Assembly: GCF_036321535.1 (NCBI RefSeq)
Contig: NC_087437.1
Span: forward strand, 28,274,001 to 28,338,000
Length of the DNA: 64,000 nt
Direction: 5' to 3'
DNA from: Camelus dromedarius
Lineage: Eukaryota
This document shows, piece by piece, positions 48,061-61,261 of this stretch; position 1 is the stretch's first letter; each line of letters begins with the position of its first letter. The notes below the pieces were generated by a model, which saw only the letters and a list, made by a program, of their open reading frames with translations, searched no databases and was not told where the DNA came from. A program made the position numbers and the translations under genes.

Positions 48061-50937
48061 AAGGAATCTTCCAGCTAAGCTGAGATGAAGGCTTTACAAT
48101 GCTTTCCTATTGCCCACACGGGTCTGTCAGACAGATTTCAGACTGAGAAATGCGGAGGGGTGTTTAGAACAGTAAAAAGTCTTCGGAGGCAAAAGTTAAC
48201 TTTATGGAAGCCTCCTGGGTTGAGGTACATAGAATGGATATTTAGAGGAATGGTGGTGGTCAAGAAAAGTGCCCAAAGCAGAAAATTTTTAAAGAATTTG
48301 AGATATTGCCAAATTCTTCTTCTCCCTTCATCTAGTCCAACCCTACCATAGCCCTCACCCACCAAATGGAGGAGTGAACAATGACTGGGTGGTTCCAAAG
48401 CCACAGTCTACCTGTTTCCCAATTTCATGTGAGGCTGGCACTATGACGCTCTTGAACTCTGGTTTATCTGGACTGCATCACCACTGGGTTCCCCAAACCC
48501 TGCCTAAACTTCATTGCTTTCATATACTTTCATTTCCCAAATCTGTAAGAACTCAAAAAAGTCATCTTGTGATTTGCCCTGGTGCCATTTGGTTTCTCCT
48601 TGTTGTCGTTGCTTCACTTGAATATTTTCTCAGAGTCTTAGCAAAGTTAAGTTTCTATTATGCTCCTTTTTGCATTGCTAAGAAGGGAAGATCACCTAAA
48701 TCACATTTTAGTGCAGACTCACTGTTGACTCTTTACAGTAATTACATTCTCAGCAATCAACCATAGTGTCACATTTCAAAAGTCTTGGAATAATTTTACT
48801 TGTTATGATTCAGATTCACTTTTTGGAATCTTATCTAAAAATTAAATCACTTAAATGATAGTATGGTCTTAGAATCTGTCATAGTTAACATTACCTTCTC
48901 TCTTTGTATCGTTTAAGCGTACTACAAGTAACAGAGAAAGTGATTAGATTCTGAGTAACTATTTCCTTATAAGACATCGTCATCTGGGAAAATAGTATTT
49001 TAGATGTTCCTACTAGTCTACAAGACATTATTTCTAAATGGAAGTACTGGAGTAATAATGCTTACCAAATTCCAACTTTGTTTTACCTGCAGAAAGTGAA
49101 TTGTTCTTTTAATTTTTTAATCATCTGTGACTGGTGCCTCAGTTTTTTCCTAAAGTTTGTCATTAAAGCACTTACGTTCAGAGACTATTTTGATCATGTT
49201 AGGAACATTTAAAAACTGGAGGTGGGGGAGCGGGAATGGCTCTTAGCAGAGCATCACCTGACATTCAATAAAGATATTTTGAAACATTAATTCCTGCATT
49301 GGGGCAGAACCCATTGTGTCATTATGGACGGTGTCTGGAATAACTCTTTCCAGCAGACCTGCAGGTCATCAACAGTAGAGTCCTCTCTTTCATGCAAACA
49401 TCTGCTCAGCTAGCTTAATTTTTTATCTCCTTTTTTTTCAACTCAAATGGATTTTGTAGGAATTTGTTGTGTGTCACACTTCATCTCACAAACAGAGTGA
49501 TTTATCTTTGAACCAGCAGCAAAGAGACTATGAGGACATATGAAATAGACTCTATCAAGAAAGGTGCTTTGTAATTATGAATTATTATGACATACTGTGT
49601 GCTGTAAACATCTGAGCACATTCTAAAGTTGTAAGATATGTATTCCTTGTCTGGTATATGATGCTATCATATACCCTATGACAATAATCCTGTAAATGTA
49701 TAATGCTTTATTACACTGATTATTACTTTATTGTTGGTGCCTTTTCTATTTGAGAACAAAACAAACTAACAAAATAGATATTTTTATTTCACATAAAATC
49801 ATAATGTCAAAGTGAATCAATCATACAAAGACATTATTTATAAAACCTCTGACTTGTTCAGATGAATGGATCCCAAAAAATAAAAGACTAGTCATGAAAA
49901 TAACACTCAATTAATATTCTTGGGCCCAAAAAGAATTGACTTGGGTATTTAAAAAGTTAAAATAAAATAATGCTCTGTGTTACATTTCTATATCTGTTGG
50001 ATTTAGTTTTTGCCAAAAGTATCTATCAGAGGCAACTTGTGCATCTTTTTAGTTTAGTGACTTGGAGTAGGAAGAAAGCAAAAGCAGTGAAAGATGAGAA
50101 CAACACTGGTAAGAAGTTCTGAAATCTAACAGATAGAAACCTAATAGTTTTTGAAAATCATGCTCAAGGCCAAATTTTTTTCATTGAGAAAGAAACAACT
50201 TCAGTCAAGTTTTGTATAGCATTCAAAATATTTCCATGATGTGACAATTTTATTTCATTTTTTTATTTTAGTTTTATTTCATTTTTTGGTTGCTGATATG
50301 TTTGTTTTTGAATTATTGATTATATATTGAATCTCAGCAAAGGTCAATCATGAGACTTGGAGAGCCATGTCAAGAGCAATCTGGTTCAGCTAATTTCTGG
50401 GATGTTTGCCTATTTGCTAATAGATTATTCAGACACTGAAGTTTAGCCTAATTCCAGTTATGCAAATAGAAATCATTCTTGGCCAAAAAATTACATCCTG
50501 ATGTCATGTCATACCAGAGGTGAACATTCAAACTACCAATTGTCAAAGAGATTGGAGTCTTTCAACTAAAAATAAGCATTACACATTCCAAGACAGGAAG
50601 ACAAGCTTGGACATTGAAATACTCAATAGTGGAGGAGCCTCGAAAACACCCTAAACAGCCCACTAAAACAGACTATCATTTCCAGTTTCTTTATTCCTGT
50701 CATCACTGCCAGTATTCCACCAGTTAACCAGGCTCACAACATTAAGAGTTAATTCAATCCTTTGCTTGGCGTCCTGAGCAATCAGGCACCTTCCTTTTTC
50801 AGCAGTTTCCAAATTGCCAGATCTTTATTACCTCTTTCTAAGGGGATTTTAATAGGTTAATTGTGTTCCCTGTATATATTCCTTTTCACCAAAGGGAAAA
50901 AATTTTGCTTGCTGATGCTACAATGATATTTCTAAAA

Positions 50938-50973
50938 TAGGTAGGTAGGTAGGTAGGTAGGTAGGTAGGTAGG

Positions 50974-51029
<56 letters not shown>
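50938..51029. repeat. (TAGG)9(TAGA)14 compound tetranucleotide STR
   Basis: Counted directly. Confidence 0.95.
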
Positions 51030-51035
51030 GGATAG

Positions 51036-51582
51036 TGATGGGGTTCAGGGCAGGCCACCCCAAGATGAACCACTCTGGCATGTAGACTATTTTGAGCTGA
51101 AAACAATTCAGGCCCAAAAGACTCAGGAAGAATCTTTGAACATCCTCCTTACTGCCAAGAAGAAATTAAGAAAGGAGGCCTGCACCAGGAAGGACCTATC
51201 ACCACAGATAACTACAGTGAAGTATGAATTAGACGTGGTAGACAGGAAGGAACCTAGCAAAGCCCACTTGATCAAAGTCGTCTCTGTGTCCCATTGTCTT
51301 TGGATGGCCCAGCAACATTTATTTACCGAACATTAACTCTCTTCATCTTCCTGTGAATTGCCTTACTTCCCTTTGAAGTCTCAGAACCCTATCTCTTTCT
51401 CCTTGGTCCAGAATAATATATATGTCACTTGACCTTGCTGTCTTTGGAATTCTTCAGACTTATGTGATGTGATGTACACATGCAGCAGATTTGATTTTCT
51501 CTTGTTAATCTGCTTTATGTCATTTTTATTGCCAGTCAAAAGAACTAAGAGGGGAAAGAGGGAAAATTTCCCTTCTTCCACA
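51036..51582 (+). mobile_element. MER34-like ERV1 solo LTR
   Basis: TG...CA ends (tgatggggttcagg...cttcttccaca); perfect 4-bp TSD ATAG at 51032-51035 and 51583-51586. Confidence 0.9.
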
Positions 51583-52117
51583 ATAGATTAGAAAGAGAGA
51601 GATGATAGATGTAGACAGCACACTGTTTGAGACCCTAATAAAGTCCTCAGTCTGGTATTCAGTCCGTTTTCTCTCTCCTAGCCAGTGTGTCTGAGATCCT
51701 TGTGGTTCTAGCCAAGTAGAGCCCTTTACTCCTCTCTTCCTTTCCTTGCTCTTGCATACCATAGAATGTTCAGGTTCTCTCTACACTTCTAAATTCTAAA
51801 ATACTGAGGCTCACATGGAGTTAAACTTCTCTGAAGCCTTCTCCAGAAATTTACACTCAAGTATCTTTTCTGTACTGTCAGCATTTCCAGAACATTTTAT
51901 GAAATGGTCGGTATCCACATACCTGTTTTCTAGTAGTTTCCTGTGTGTAAGTCTAATTAGGGATGAATTGATTCTAGTATTTCTTTTCTATCCCACAAAG
52001 CAGAGTTTTTAGAACTGTAGATCAAGGCTTTTTAAGAAATGATAAAATTAGAATAGAAAATATCAGAGAATGGTGTCTGGAGTAAGGATGAATATTGATT
52101 TGCAGCTCTTTTGTTTC

Positions 52118-52156
<39 letters not shown>

Positions 52157-52162
52157 TAGATA
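52118..52162. repeat. (GATA)n(GACA)n STR
   Basis: Directly visible. Confidence 0.9.
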
Positions 52163-54039
52163 ACCAAGGGAGACAGATAGACATTTGTATTTTGCATCCC
52201 AATGTAAAATGTATTTTTAACTATGGATCATAGTCATAGTCATAAATTTTTTTTAATTTACCAAAATCACATTTATACTCATGTATATGTGGAGTTATTC
52301 ATTCATTCAACATGTTGAGTACACTAATAACATAAAAAAATAATAAAATGGTCTCTATCTTGGAGGAACTAGCATTCTCATATGTATACAAACAATTTTA
52401 GTAAGACAGTCATAAATTCTAGAATGTAGAGTACAGACAATTCTCTGGGAACATAGAGGAAGTAATAGCATTCCTTACGAGCCTCTTGCTGACTCACATT
52501 CTTTATTCTTATGGTGAGAAATCAGCATACTAAGCTTTAATTAAAACGTTTTCAAGATGTTAGTCCTATGTCCATTTTCTTCTCTTCTTTTAATGATACA
52601 TGGTTATTGGCAAATAATGGAGTTATAAAATTATGTGGTGAGGTTGTAAAAATAATAAATTCTTTCAACAAGTTTGAACTATTTTCAAAATTGATATTTA
52701 GGTTCATACGTCAGAAAAACTATGTCTATTTAGAGGAAGAAATTGCTGGGGGAAAAAATGGCCTACATAAAGTTCTCCTTTATATGAAATGAGAAAGATT
52801 GGTCACAATAAGTCATCTATCTCAATCTTTTCTTATATTTTTAAAATCGTATGCAAACATACTACAGCATAATATAAAATGCTAACAGTAGTGTACATAA
52901 GAAATTTCATATTGATAAATATTGATGTCTAAAAACATATCAACAAGTCAAAAATATAGCAGATTTAAAATGATTGGAACTATGTTTTAATTTTTCTTTC
53001 CCTGAAATGCAATGTACTTTGGGTTGATTGGAGCTACATTAAGTGCTAAAAAGAGAAATATTTTTATAAGAAGATTTAAAAAACACTTGAGAGTCTCTTT
53101 GACATAGCAAAAATTAGAATTCCAGTCAGATTAAAAAAGAAAACAGCAGAGTGTCCTTCTGCAAATGTAACCAAAACACGCTACCAATCTTTAAATAGAG
53201 TGCTTTCTTGAAACCTCATTAAACATACCCTGAATGTGTAACCTGTCTGTTCCCTTGGATTCTTAGTACATGCTTTTTGAAAAAAGTGGTATTTATTCTT
53301 TCCCCAGCTCTAATTAATTTCTGTCATTATTCTTCATCTGGAGTCCATGAAGTTTCTGTATGTTCAGGTTCCAGTTCATAATTTTAAAGTCAAGGACCTT
53401 CTCCAGACAGTTACGTGTCTATGCACACTGTCCCTCTCCACACTGTTGCATCAACTAGGGCATGTTTGCTGTGTTGTACTGTGTGAAGCTTTTTGTGCAA
53501 CATATTTCCAATGGCTAAAATCATGTTATAAAGTCATGGGAAACTGTTTGCTTTATTTTGAGGAATCAAAGTCTAGAGTCCAATCCTCCAAAGTTTATGC
53601 CCATATTAGGAGGTTGACTGAACAATGTAAAAAAAAAAAAAAGAATTTTCTATTTTATTTAGCTTTCTGAAACGGCTTACAATTTTATTACTTAAAATTA
53701 TCAATATATCATGTTTATATTAATAATAAGAATAAACCATATAATAATAAAATCTCCAGGTCACTATTTTTTTAGTAAAAGTCTAGTTTTTTTGCTGAGA
53801 AGTCCTTGGGTTTCTCAAAATAAATATTGTGTATGTGTGTGTTTGTGTGTGTGTTATAAATCTATGATAATTTTTATATCATCTATACAAACTGGTTTTA
53901 TATTTTGAAAATATCTGTTTATTCCTTTGAGAATTTTTTCCTTGAAGATTATGTAGCATTTTGAAATATAATCAATTTGTCTTAATTCTTATATCTCCTC
54001 TGGTGTATGATATATGGTTAATTCATCCAGATCAAGAAA

Positions 54040-54715
54040 TGATAGCTAACAATATGTATAAGGGTTTATATTTTTAAAGACTTACCTCATACACTAATTA
54101 CATTTGATTCTGTTAATAATCATATGAACTAGACATAGTGTAAAATATTTTTGTTGCCAATTTACAAATGAGAAAACTGAAGCCTAAACAGGTGAAGATA
54201 TTTGCTTAAGAATGTTGACCTAAAAAATAAAACAGTTATTCCACTAGCAAAAATGAATTTGTTTGGAATAGTAGAGAATTGAAATTCAGGACAAGTAAGC
54301 TACAACAAAAACCATAGGCAAGTCCAAGAAACAAAGAAGAGGAACATCATTTGATAGAGACAATTTAGAGGGGTTGTTTGGAACAAGCAGAGAAAAGTGA
54401 GAGTTCAGGAGTGGTGACAGTTTCTCCTTGGCTGAGATGCTGGGGTAGTTGATTTCTTATGGGAGATGCAATGTACATCTTTTCCTATGGAAACCTGAAG
54501 TTGATGATTCTTTCCTGATGATTCTTCTGTTGAGTCTTTAATCAGCCATTCTTCCTATAATTGACGTCAAGTGGTCCTACATGAGAGCTCCCCTTTCTGG
54601 CCTCCCGACTTCATTGTAGTTAAGTTTCCCTGTATTAATTTTCGCAAGGACTAGGTAGTCAGAGTTGGAGGTAGAGCATAAATTCCTATCGGCTGACTTC
54701 AAATTCTATATTTTG
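54040..54715 (-). mobile_element. MIR split by an LTR insertion
   Basis: ccaatttacaaatgagaaaactgaagcct before 54213; ggtagagc...ctgacttcaaatt after 54646. Confidence 0.7.
54213..54646 (-). mobile_element. ERV1-class solo LTR (MER41/MER31-group-like)
   Basis: TG...CA ends (tgttgacctaaaaaa...attaattttcgca); 4-bp TSD AGAA/AGGA; interrupts a MIR. Confidence 0.8.
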
Positions 54716-54755
54716 CATATAACCTGAATATAAAAAAAAATAGCAAAACCCCTAC

Positions 54756-55273
54756 TGTGTTAGTCAATGTTCTCCAGGGAAACAGAACCAGTAAGAGATA
54801 CACAGCTACATGTAAAAGGAGATTTATTATAAGACTGGTTCAAGTGGTTGTAGAGGCCTGGAAATCCCAAGATCTGTCATTTCCAAGCTGGAGAACCAGG
54901 AAAGCTGGCGGTGCACTTCAGTTTTTGTCTGAAGGCCTGAGAATGGGGAGGGGTGGGCGGTGATGCTATAAGGCCTGGTCTGAATCAGAAGGCCCAAGAA
55001 CCAGGAGCACCAATGGGCAGGAGAAGGTGAATGCTTCTGTTTAAAGAGAGAGAGAAAATTTACCCTTCGTTGACTGTTTTGTTCTAATCAGTCCCTGAAC
55101 AGATTGGATGATGCTCCCACATTGGTGATGACAATCTTTGTTACTCAATCTATTGATTTAAATACTAATCTTTTCCTGAGATACCCTTACAGGCACATCC
55201 AGAAATAATGACTTACCAGCTGTTTGGGAAACCCTTAGCCCAGTCAAGTTAACACATAAAAGTAACCATCACC
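54756..55273 (-). mobile_element. MLT2 (ERVL) solo LTR
   Basis: tgtgttagtcaatgttctccagggaaacagaacca...cccagtcaagttaacacataaaagtaaccatcac. Confidence 0.9.
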
Positions 55274-55599
55274 AGTATACTGAGCATTGTCCATGATTGC
55301 TGACAATATGCTGAGATTCATTTTTTTTTTTTTGAAAGCTCCATAAAGCCCTATTTCTGCCCAGACAGAAAAACCCTCCCTACTCCTCTACCTTTTCCCC
55401 ATCTAGGCTGTCTATCTGCCTTAGTGTTTCTCTCTCCTGAGTCCCATTTCAGTAGAGTTTGAGAATGCACAGTAGTGAAAAACTGTGCAAAACTCAGTGG
55501 TAAGTTAAACCCTAGGAAGGAAAATTTGGTCAGGGGAAGAATTTTCTAGAATTTAAGGAGCCTCTAATTGCTCACGCTGTGTGCCAGCTGCTTTTTGTA

Positions 55600-55790
55600 A
55601 CTGAAATTCCCCTGTTACGTATAACTATCTGTGACTTAGGCATTTGCAGCCCCACTTCAGGGTGAGCTAACTGAGATATGGAAAAGTTAAATTCATTTCT
55701 GCCAAAATTCCCTTGATAGGCAGGTAGGAGCCTGGGATTCAATCCAATATCCATGTGGCCCGAAGTCTAGTATCTTTCCACTAGACCATT
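55600..55790 (-). mobile_element. MIR fragment
   Basis: ggagcctgggattcaatcca...tctttccactagacca. Confidence 0.55.
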
Positions 55791-57479
55791 CTGTAGGAAT
55801 ATGCTTGCAAGAGTGCTTTTTCTAAGGTGTGGGTTTTCTGAGGAAATTGTTGAGTGGCTGTTAAGTTGCTGTTTTATTGATCTTTGTTCAAAGATATAGG
55901 AACATCTAGTGTTTTTTAAGCAAGGAGTTCGCATCAACTGTTATTTCCACTTACCTAGGTAGAAGACCTGACGTATACAATGAGCCTAGAACTTCCTCAC
56001 TCAGATCATAGGAAAATATTTGCTCTGAGAAGCTATGCAGCATGTGCTTATCAAAGAGGACTGGATTGAAACCAAAAGCAATTTTTATGACAACTGTCAA
56101 AGAAAGCCAAGGTTAAGCTGCATTACATGATGCTGGTTTATAGATTAGCTACACTCCACAGACAACATATTTAATTCATGACAGTTTTTGCCACCCAATA
56201 AGGAGAAGGCTTGCAAAGCATGTACTGCTGGATAAGGACAATCAGGAAAATGGAAAAAAAAAAAAAAAGCACAGTGAGAAATGTTTGTTAAAAATTTAAA
56301 TAGTTATCTTGTCCCATGAAAGGAGCTATTCAGAACTTCACACACAGTCACCAAAATAATATAATTTCTAATGTCCATGCTAACATTTCATAAGTCATCT
56401 TTTTTTAATGCAAATTATCTCACAGATCTAGTAATATGCTTTAACTTGTATTTGTTAGTAGCACACGATATTTCAGTCAGATACATTGAATCTAAATATA
56501 CATATTTTAGACTAATGTTAAGTCGGGGAGCTAAACTGATCTGTAACCAATAGTGTTCACAAAATAAATATTCCCCAGTTTACAGAGAAACATATACAAG
56601 TATATCTCATCTTAAATGTTTAGTTTACAAAATAGACACATTTTGCTTCGTTTTCATTGTAGAAGGACCTATTGCATTCATTCTAATACAACTAAAACAG
56701 GTTTAGTAATTATCAGGACAGAAGGAATACTTACAGTCAAATTTTCTGGGTTCTAGTTAGTGTTAAATTTGAGGAACATTTATACTTGACTATCAATTTC
56801 ATTTTTCTAATTGCTTTAAAACAATCCCCCTTGATCCCTCTCTCCCAAAAAGTCATTCTTCTGCCTAAATTTTGAAGTACATTTGAAGGATATTTTTTAT
56901 ACATGCAGCATTTAATTATGGACTAATCAAACAAAATGTCTGAGAAAATGTTCTCTTCAACAGAGCAACTGGCTCAAAAAACAGGCTAGGTTGAGTACCA
57001 ATCTTCAGAATGCTTGGAACTTTTATAGGACCCCAGAGGAATGTCCCTGGGTCAGACAGCTCCTCTTGTTCAGTTGGTTCCCTGGGAATTACAAACCTGC
57101 TTTTTTCTGTGGTGTGGAAATATTAACCCTTCAAATGACATGCTCTTAAGTCAAGTAATAAGACTATACTGACTCTTTGTGTTTGGTAATTAACCTTCAT
57201 TTTTCAAGTGGCAAAGGGGTTGAATAAATCTTTAAGATATAGTAGTTCCCATCAAATAGCTTAATCCTCTGACAGATGGGAACTAAAAATAACTCTGGCT
57301 TAAAAGTTTTAGTGGAAAAGCCAAATAAAGAGGCATGTTATCCAACCACTTGAGAATCCCCCAAAAGGCAATCCACCTCTCCTAAAAGAGACAACCCTAA
57401 TGGTATAACTACTGGCAAAACAGAATTTTCCATAGACTGATAAAAGAGTGCAAATATTTTAATGATCAAATTACCAAAA

Positions 57480-58045
57480 CATGTTTTCCAGCTTCAGGTT
57501 TATATGTAAAAGAAATATGATTTTAATGTTTTGGTGCAAAAAATCCTATAGTTAAGAGATCATGAGAAGCATTTTATGTAAAGCCAAAAAACTATCTTTG
57601 TATTTTTGTTAAAAAGTATGGAATTGACAATTTCAAAAATAATGTCAGGAAAATCAGTTAAAAGTTTGTAAAAAAAAAAAAAGATAGTTAGATTTCTGCC
57701 TCACACAATACATATTAAAAAAATTCCAAGTGAATAAAAGAACTAGATGTTAAACTGCAATAAGAACCACATACTAACAACTATAAAAGCAAAATTAACT
57801 GGAGGTTTATTATATATATATCTGTAACTGTAATTGGGGAATATTTTTCTAAGAAAACATAAATGCCAGCATTCTTCATAAAAATATTCAACATTTGCTT
57901 TTTAAAAAAAGATTTCTCAAAAAATGTTAAGAGAAATTACAAATTGGGCAACAATAAATAAAGCAAATATAAAGAAGAATTAATCCTCAGAGTATATAAA
58001 GAGCCCTTACAATCAATATGAAAGGACAACCAGATAGAAATTATC
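57480..58045 (+). mobile_element. Old L1 ORF2 fragment
   Basis: gcctcacacaatacat...aattccaagtgaataaaaga...agagtatataaagagcccttacaatcaat. Confidence 0.7.
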
Positions 58046-58179
58046 CTGGGTTCTAGAATCAGGCAGCCTATGACCAAATCAGGGCTCTTGAAGCACTAAT
58101 GGGTGAACTTTTATTTGACTTTTTGATTTATTCTGCTGTAAAATATTTCACAGAGCTGTTATAAGGGTGAAAGGAGATT

Positions 58180-58390
58180 ATACAAGAGTTTAGGACTCAG
58201 TAACAGAGAATACACAGTATCTACCAAATTCTCTTCCCTTAGTATCAGAATCCTGGTTTTTATAGGGGCAGCAATATACTCAGTTGCAAAAAAAAAAAAA
58301 AAATATTTCCTAGCCTTCCTTGCATCTAAGGGTAGCCAAGTACTAGAAGTATTAGACATACTTCTAATTAATGTGATGTAAGCAAAAAAA
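58180..58390 (+). mobile_element. MLT1J-like LTR 5' fragment
   Basis: atatttcctagccttccttgcatctaagggtagcca. Confidence 0.6.
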
Positions 58391-58402
58391 TTACCGAGTA
58401 CG

Positions 58403-58640
58403 TATATCAGTTTCCTAGGGTGTCATTGAGAAGGTACCACAGACTAGGTGTCTTAAACAGCACAAATTTATTTTTCTCATAATTCTAAGGGCCAGGAGTC
58501 CAAGGTCAAGGTGTTGGCAGAGTTAGTTTTTTCTGAGGTACCTTTCCTTGGCTTGTGGATGGCTACCTTCTTCCTGTGTCTTCACACAGTCTTTCTTTGT
58601 GTATCTGTGTCCTATGCATCTCTTCATATAAAGACAACAT
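58403..58640 (-). mobile_element. MLT1A/B-like LTR fragment
   Basis: gtaccacagactaggtgtcttaaacagcacaaatttattt...gtccaaggtcaaggtgttggcag. Confidence 0.85.
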
Positions 58641-59410
58641 ATAAATGCTAAATGGAAGAGGCCAGTCTGAAAAGGCTTCGTATTGTAAGCTTCCACAAGA
58701 ATATGTGATTTGGAGAATATAAAACTCTAACGTTGGTGAGCAGATCAGTAGGTTTCGGGGGTTCTGTGGGTGGCAGAGGAGAGCTGGTTGAATAGGCAAA
58801 ACATAGACACTTTCAGGGCAGTGGAACTAGTCTGTATGATACAGCAGTGGTGGACACAGCATGTTCAGCATCTATCAAAATCCACAGAATTTTATAGCTC
58901 AAAGAGTAAATCTTAATATATACAAATTTTTAAAAATCATTTAGGAGTTTGGGAGTCCCAGAACAGAATGCAGAAATTCACAAAAGAATTTAAATGTATT
59001 GCAAATCCCAGTTGTGGGACATTCTACAAAATGTCTGACCAAAAGTCTGCAAAACTATCAAGGTCATCGTAAATAAGAGAAGTCTGAGAAATTGTTAAAA
59101 CCAAGAGAAGCCTAAGGAGACATGACTATTAAATTTAATGTGGTATCCCCAATGAGATCCTAGAACAGATAAAGGAAATTAGAAAAAGAGAAGACAAACC
59201 ATGAACTGAGATAAAATATTTGCAAAACGCATTTCTGATAAAGAACTTCTATCTAAAATAATACAAATAACTCTTAAAACTCAACAACAGCAACAACAAA
59301 CAAGAACTGAATTTAAAAGCTGGGAAGGAGTACATTAAAACTCCCTCTACTATCTTTACAATAATTCTGTAAATCTAAAACTGCTCCAGAATAAAAGTTT
59401 AGCTTTTAAA
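58640..59410 (+). mobile_element. L1MD/L1MC-type 3' UTR
   Basis: ggccagtctgaaaaggct...tctgtatgatac...ttctgtaaatctaaaactgctccagaataaaagttt. Confidence 0.8.
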
Positions 59411-60458
59411 AATGCTTAATAGTTTCATATCCACCTAAGAAAACAATCCGAATATAAGATCTCAGTTCATCTTAGAATAGACAATTTAGGGCAAAGAGAT
59501 GAAGCTGATTTATACTGCATTATTCCCGAAGAATGAGTGATAGGCTCTTGCTTGTTTTAAAGCGAAGGGATGTGTATGTGTTTGGAGGTGGGGGTAGGAC
59601 AGTAGAGGAGATAATACAAAACATTTTTCTATTTTATGATGCTATTTTTTCACTTTTTAAATTTCTAAAGCCAGAATGTGTTCTACAGTCGATGGGAACA
59701 TTTAGTATGGTAGAGTTTTTGTTTAGTTTACTTTGGTGTCCTTTCTGTAAAGCTGTTATTAAATCAGCTGTGCATCTTAACAATCCATGCTATTTTATAA
59801 TTGAAGAAGGATGGTATATGAACTCCATACAAGTGTAAAGAATAATAACAGCCTTCCTAAAAGAATCTTTTGGTTCCTGTTTCAGTTCGTATGACAGGCT
59901 AGCTTTTTCATGAGGAGGAAGTTTCATTTGTTTATTTTTATACTCACAATGGTACTTTGTGAATGCACAGGTCAAGGTTTACTGAACACAGTTTTCCACT
60001 TTATCTTTAAATACTGTTTTGCATGCATATGCCACAAGGCCTTCTAACTGTCACCAGCCAAGTTAGGAAATACTCCAACTGGTGGTAGCTGAATACAGTA
60101 TACTTTTTGGTTTCATTCAAGCCTCTAGAGAATTGAGTGCGCTATTTGGATCATATCAATACTGAAACCTGTCCCAAACCTCAGCAAAAGTGCAAAATAG
60201 GTGAAATTTGCATTAGTTGCTAGGCACACTCTCTTACAGATGAAGGTTACCGTCCATCCTCTCCTCCTCAAAGCCTTTAGCGGTCCATGTAACTCCTTGA
60301 AGTGGGTAGCCATCCATTCCCATCGAAGAAAGATTTCAATCTTCAAAATCCCTCTCTTGAGTTCTCCCATTTCTAGTTATCCTTTCAAAGATTCCCCCAT
60401 ACTTTCAAACATTACAGATACGATCGTTGACAACGTATTGCTACTAATACATTAACAC

Positions 60459-60696
60459 CAGGGGCAGCAAACTACTCTATGGGCCAAATCCAGCTTGCTG
60501 CTTGTTTTTGTAAATAAAGTTTTTTGGAATGCACCCGCACCCGTTCCTTCGTTTAATATAGTCGATGGTTGCTCTAGTTCTGCAATGCAAATAGAGTTGA
60601 GCATTTGCAACAGAGATCATGTAGCCCACAAAGTCTAAAATATTGGCTTTTTACATAAAATATGGCTTGTTACATAAAAAGTTTCCTGACCTGTGT
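60459..60696. mobile_element. MER58A-like hAT MITE
   Basis: caggggcagcaaacta...gggccaaatccagc...tgtttttgtaaataaagttt...aaaagtttcctgacc. Confidence 0.9.
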
Positions 60697-61084
60697 TTTA
60701 GTCCATCATTTGTGTTTGGGACATAGCAGTAATTGAGGAAGCAATTGATTTGAATGGGTGCTACTGCATAAGGAAAATGGCTTCTGTATTCCACCTCCCT
60801 TTTGTTTTACAAGGGCCTTGTAGAAACAACGCATTAAGCAAAAGTTGTGATAATAATGTTGAGATAGAGCTTATGAAACGGAGAACGCGGAAAGCCAAGG
60901 CAGCCAGTATTTCAGCAAGGTAGGCTACACAGAACATGCTATACTTATGACTGAGATTGAGAAATATTGGTCAGATTGCAGCAAGATTAGGTGAATTTCA
61001 TAAATGTTATTTTCTAAATAGTTTATTTGAATCCAGATAATGACCATCTAGTGTTATACTTTTTGTTTCTTTCTTTCACTTTTT

Positions 61085-61260
61085 TTATTTGTTAATGACA
61101 TTTACTGTTTTCTTTCTAATTTTGCAAGAAATACATGTTCATTGCAGACAACTAGAAATACATAAAAACATAAAGTAAAAATTAACAATCATCCATTATT
61201 CCCCATCCTCCAGAGATAACTGTCATCAGTGTTTTGATACATCTCCTCTCAGTGGCTGCA
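61085..61260 (-). mobile_element. L1ME-type 3' end
   Basis: aatacatgttcattgcaga...ccagagataactgtcatcagtgttttg. Confidence 0.65.
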
Positions 61261-61261
61261 T

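Noticed and set aside
60125..60455. Overlapping ORFs with several CpGs as a possible exon
   Set aside because: No convincing splice-site pair and no recognisable peptide on either strand.
60814..60919. Possible + strand exon (ttttacaAG|...CAAG|gtaggc)
   Set aside because: Weak AAG acceptor, unrecognised peptide and no partner exons; compatible with chance.
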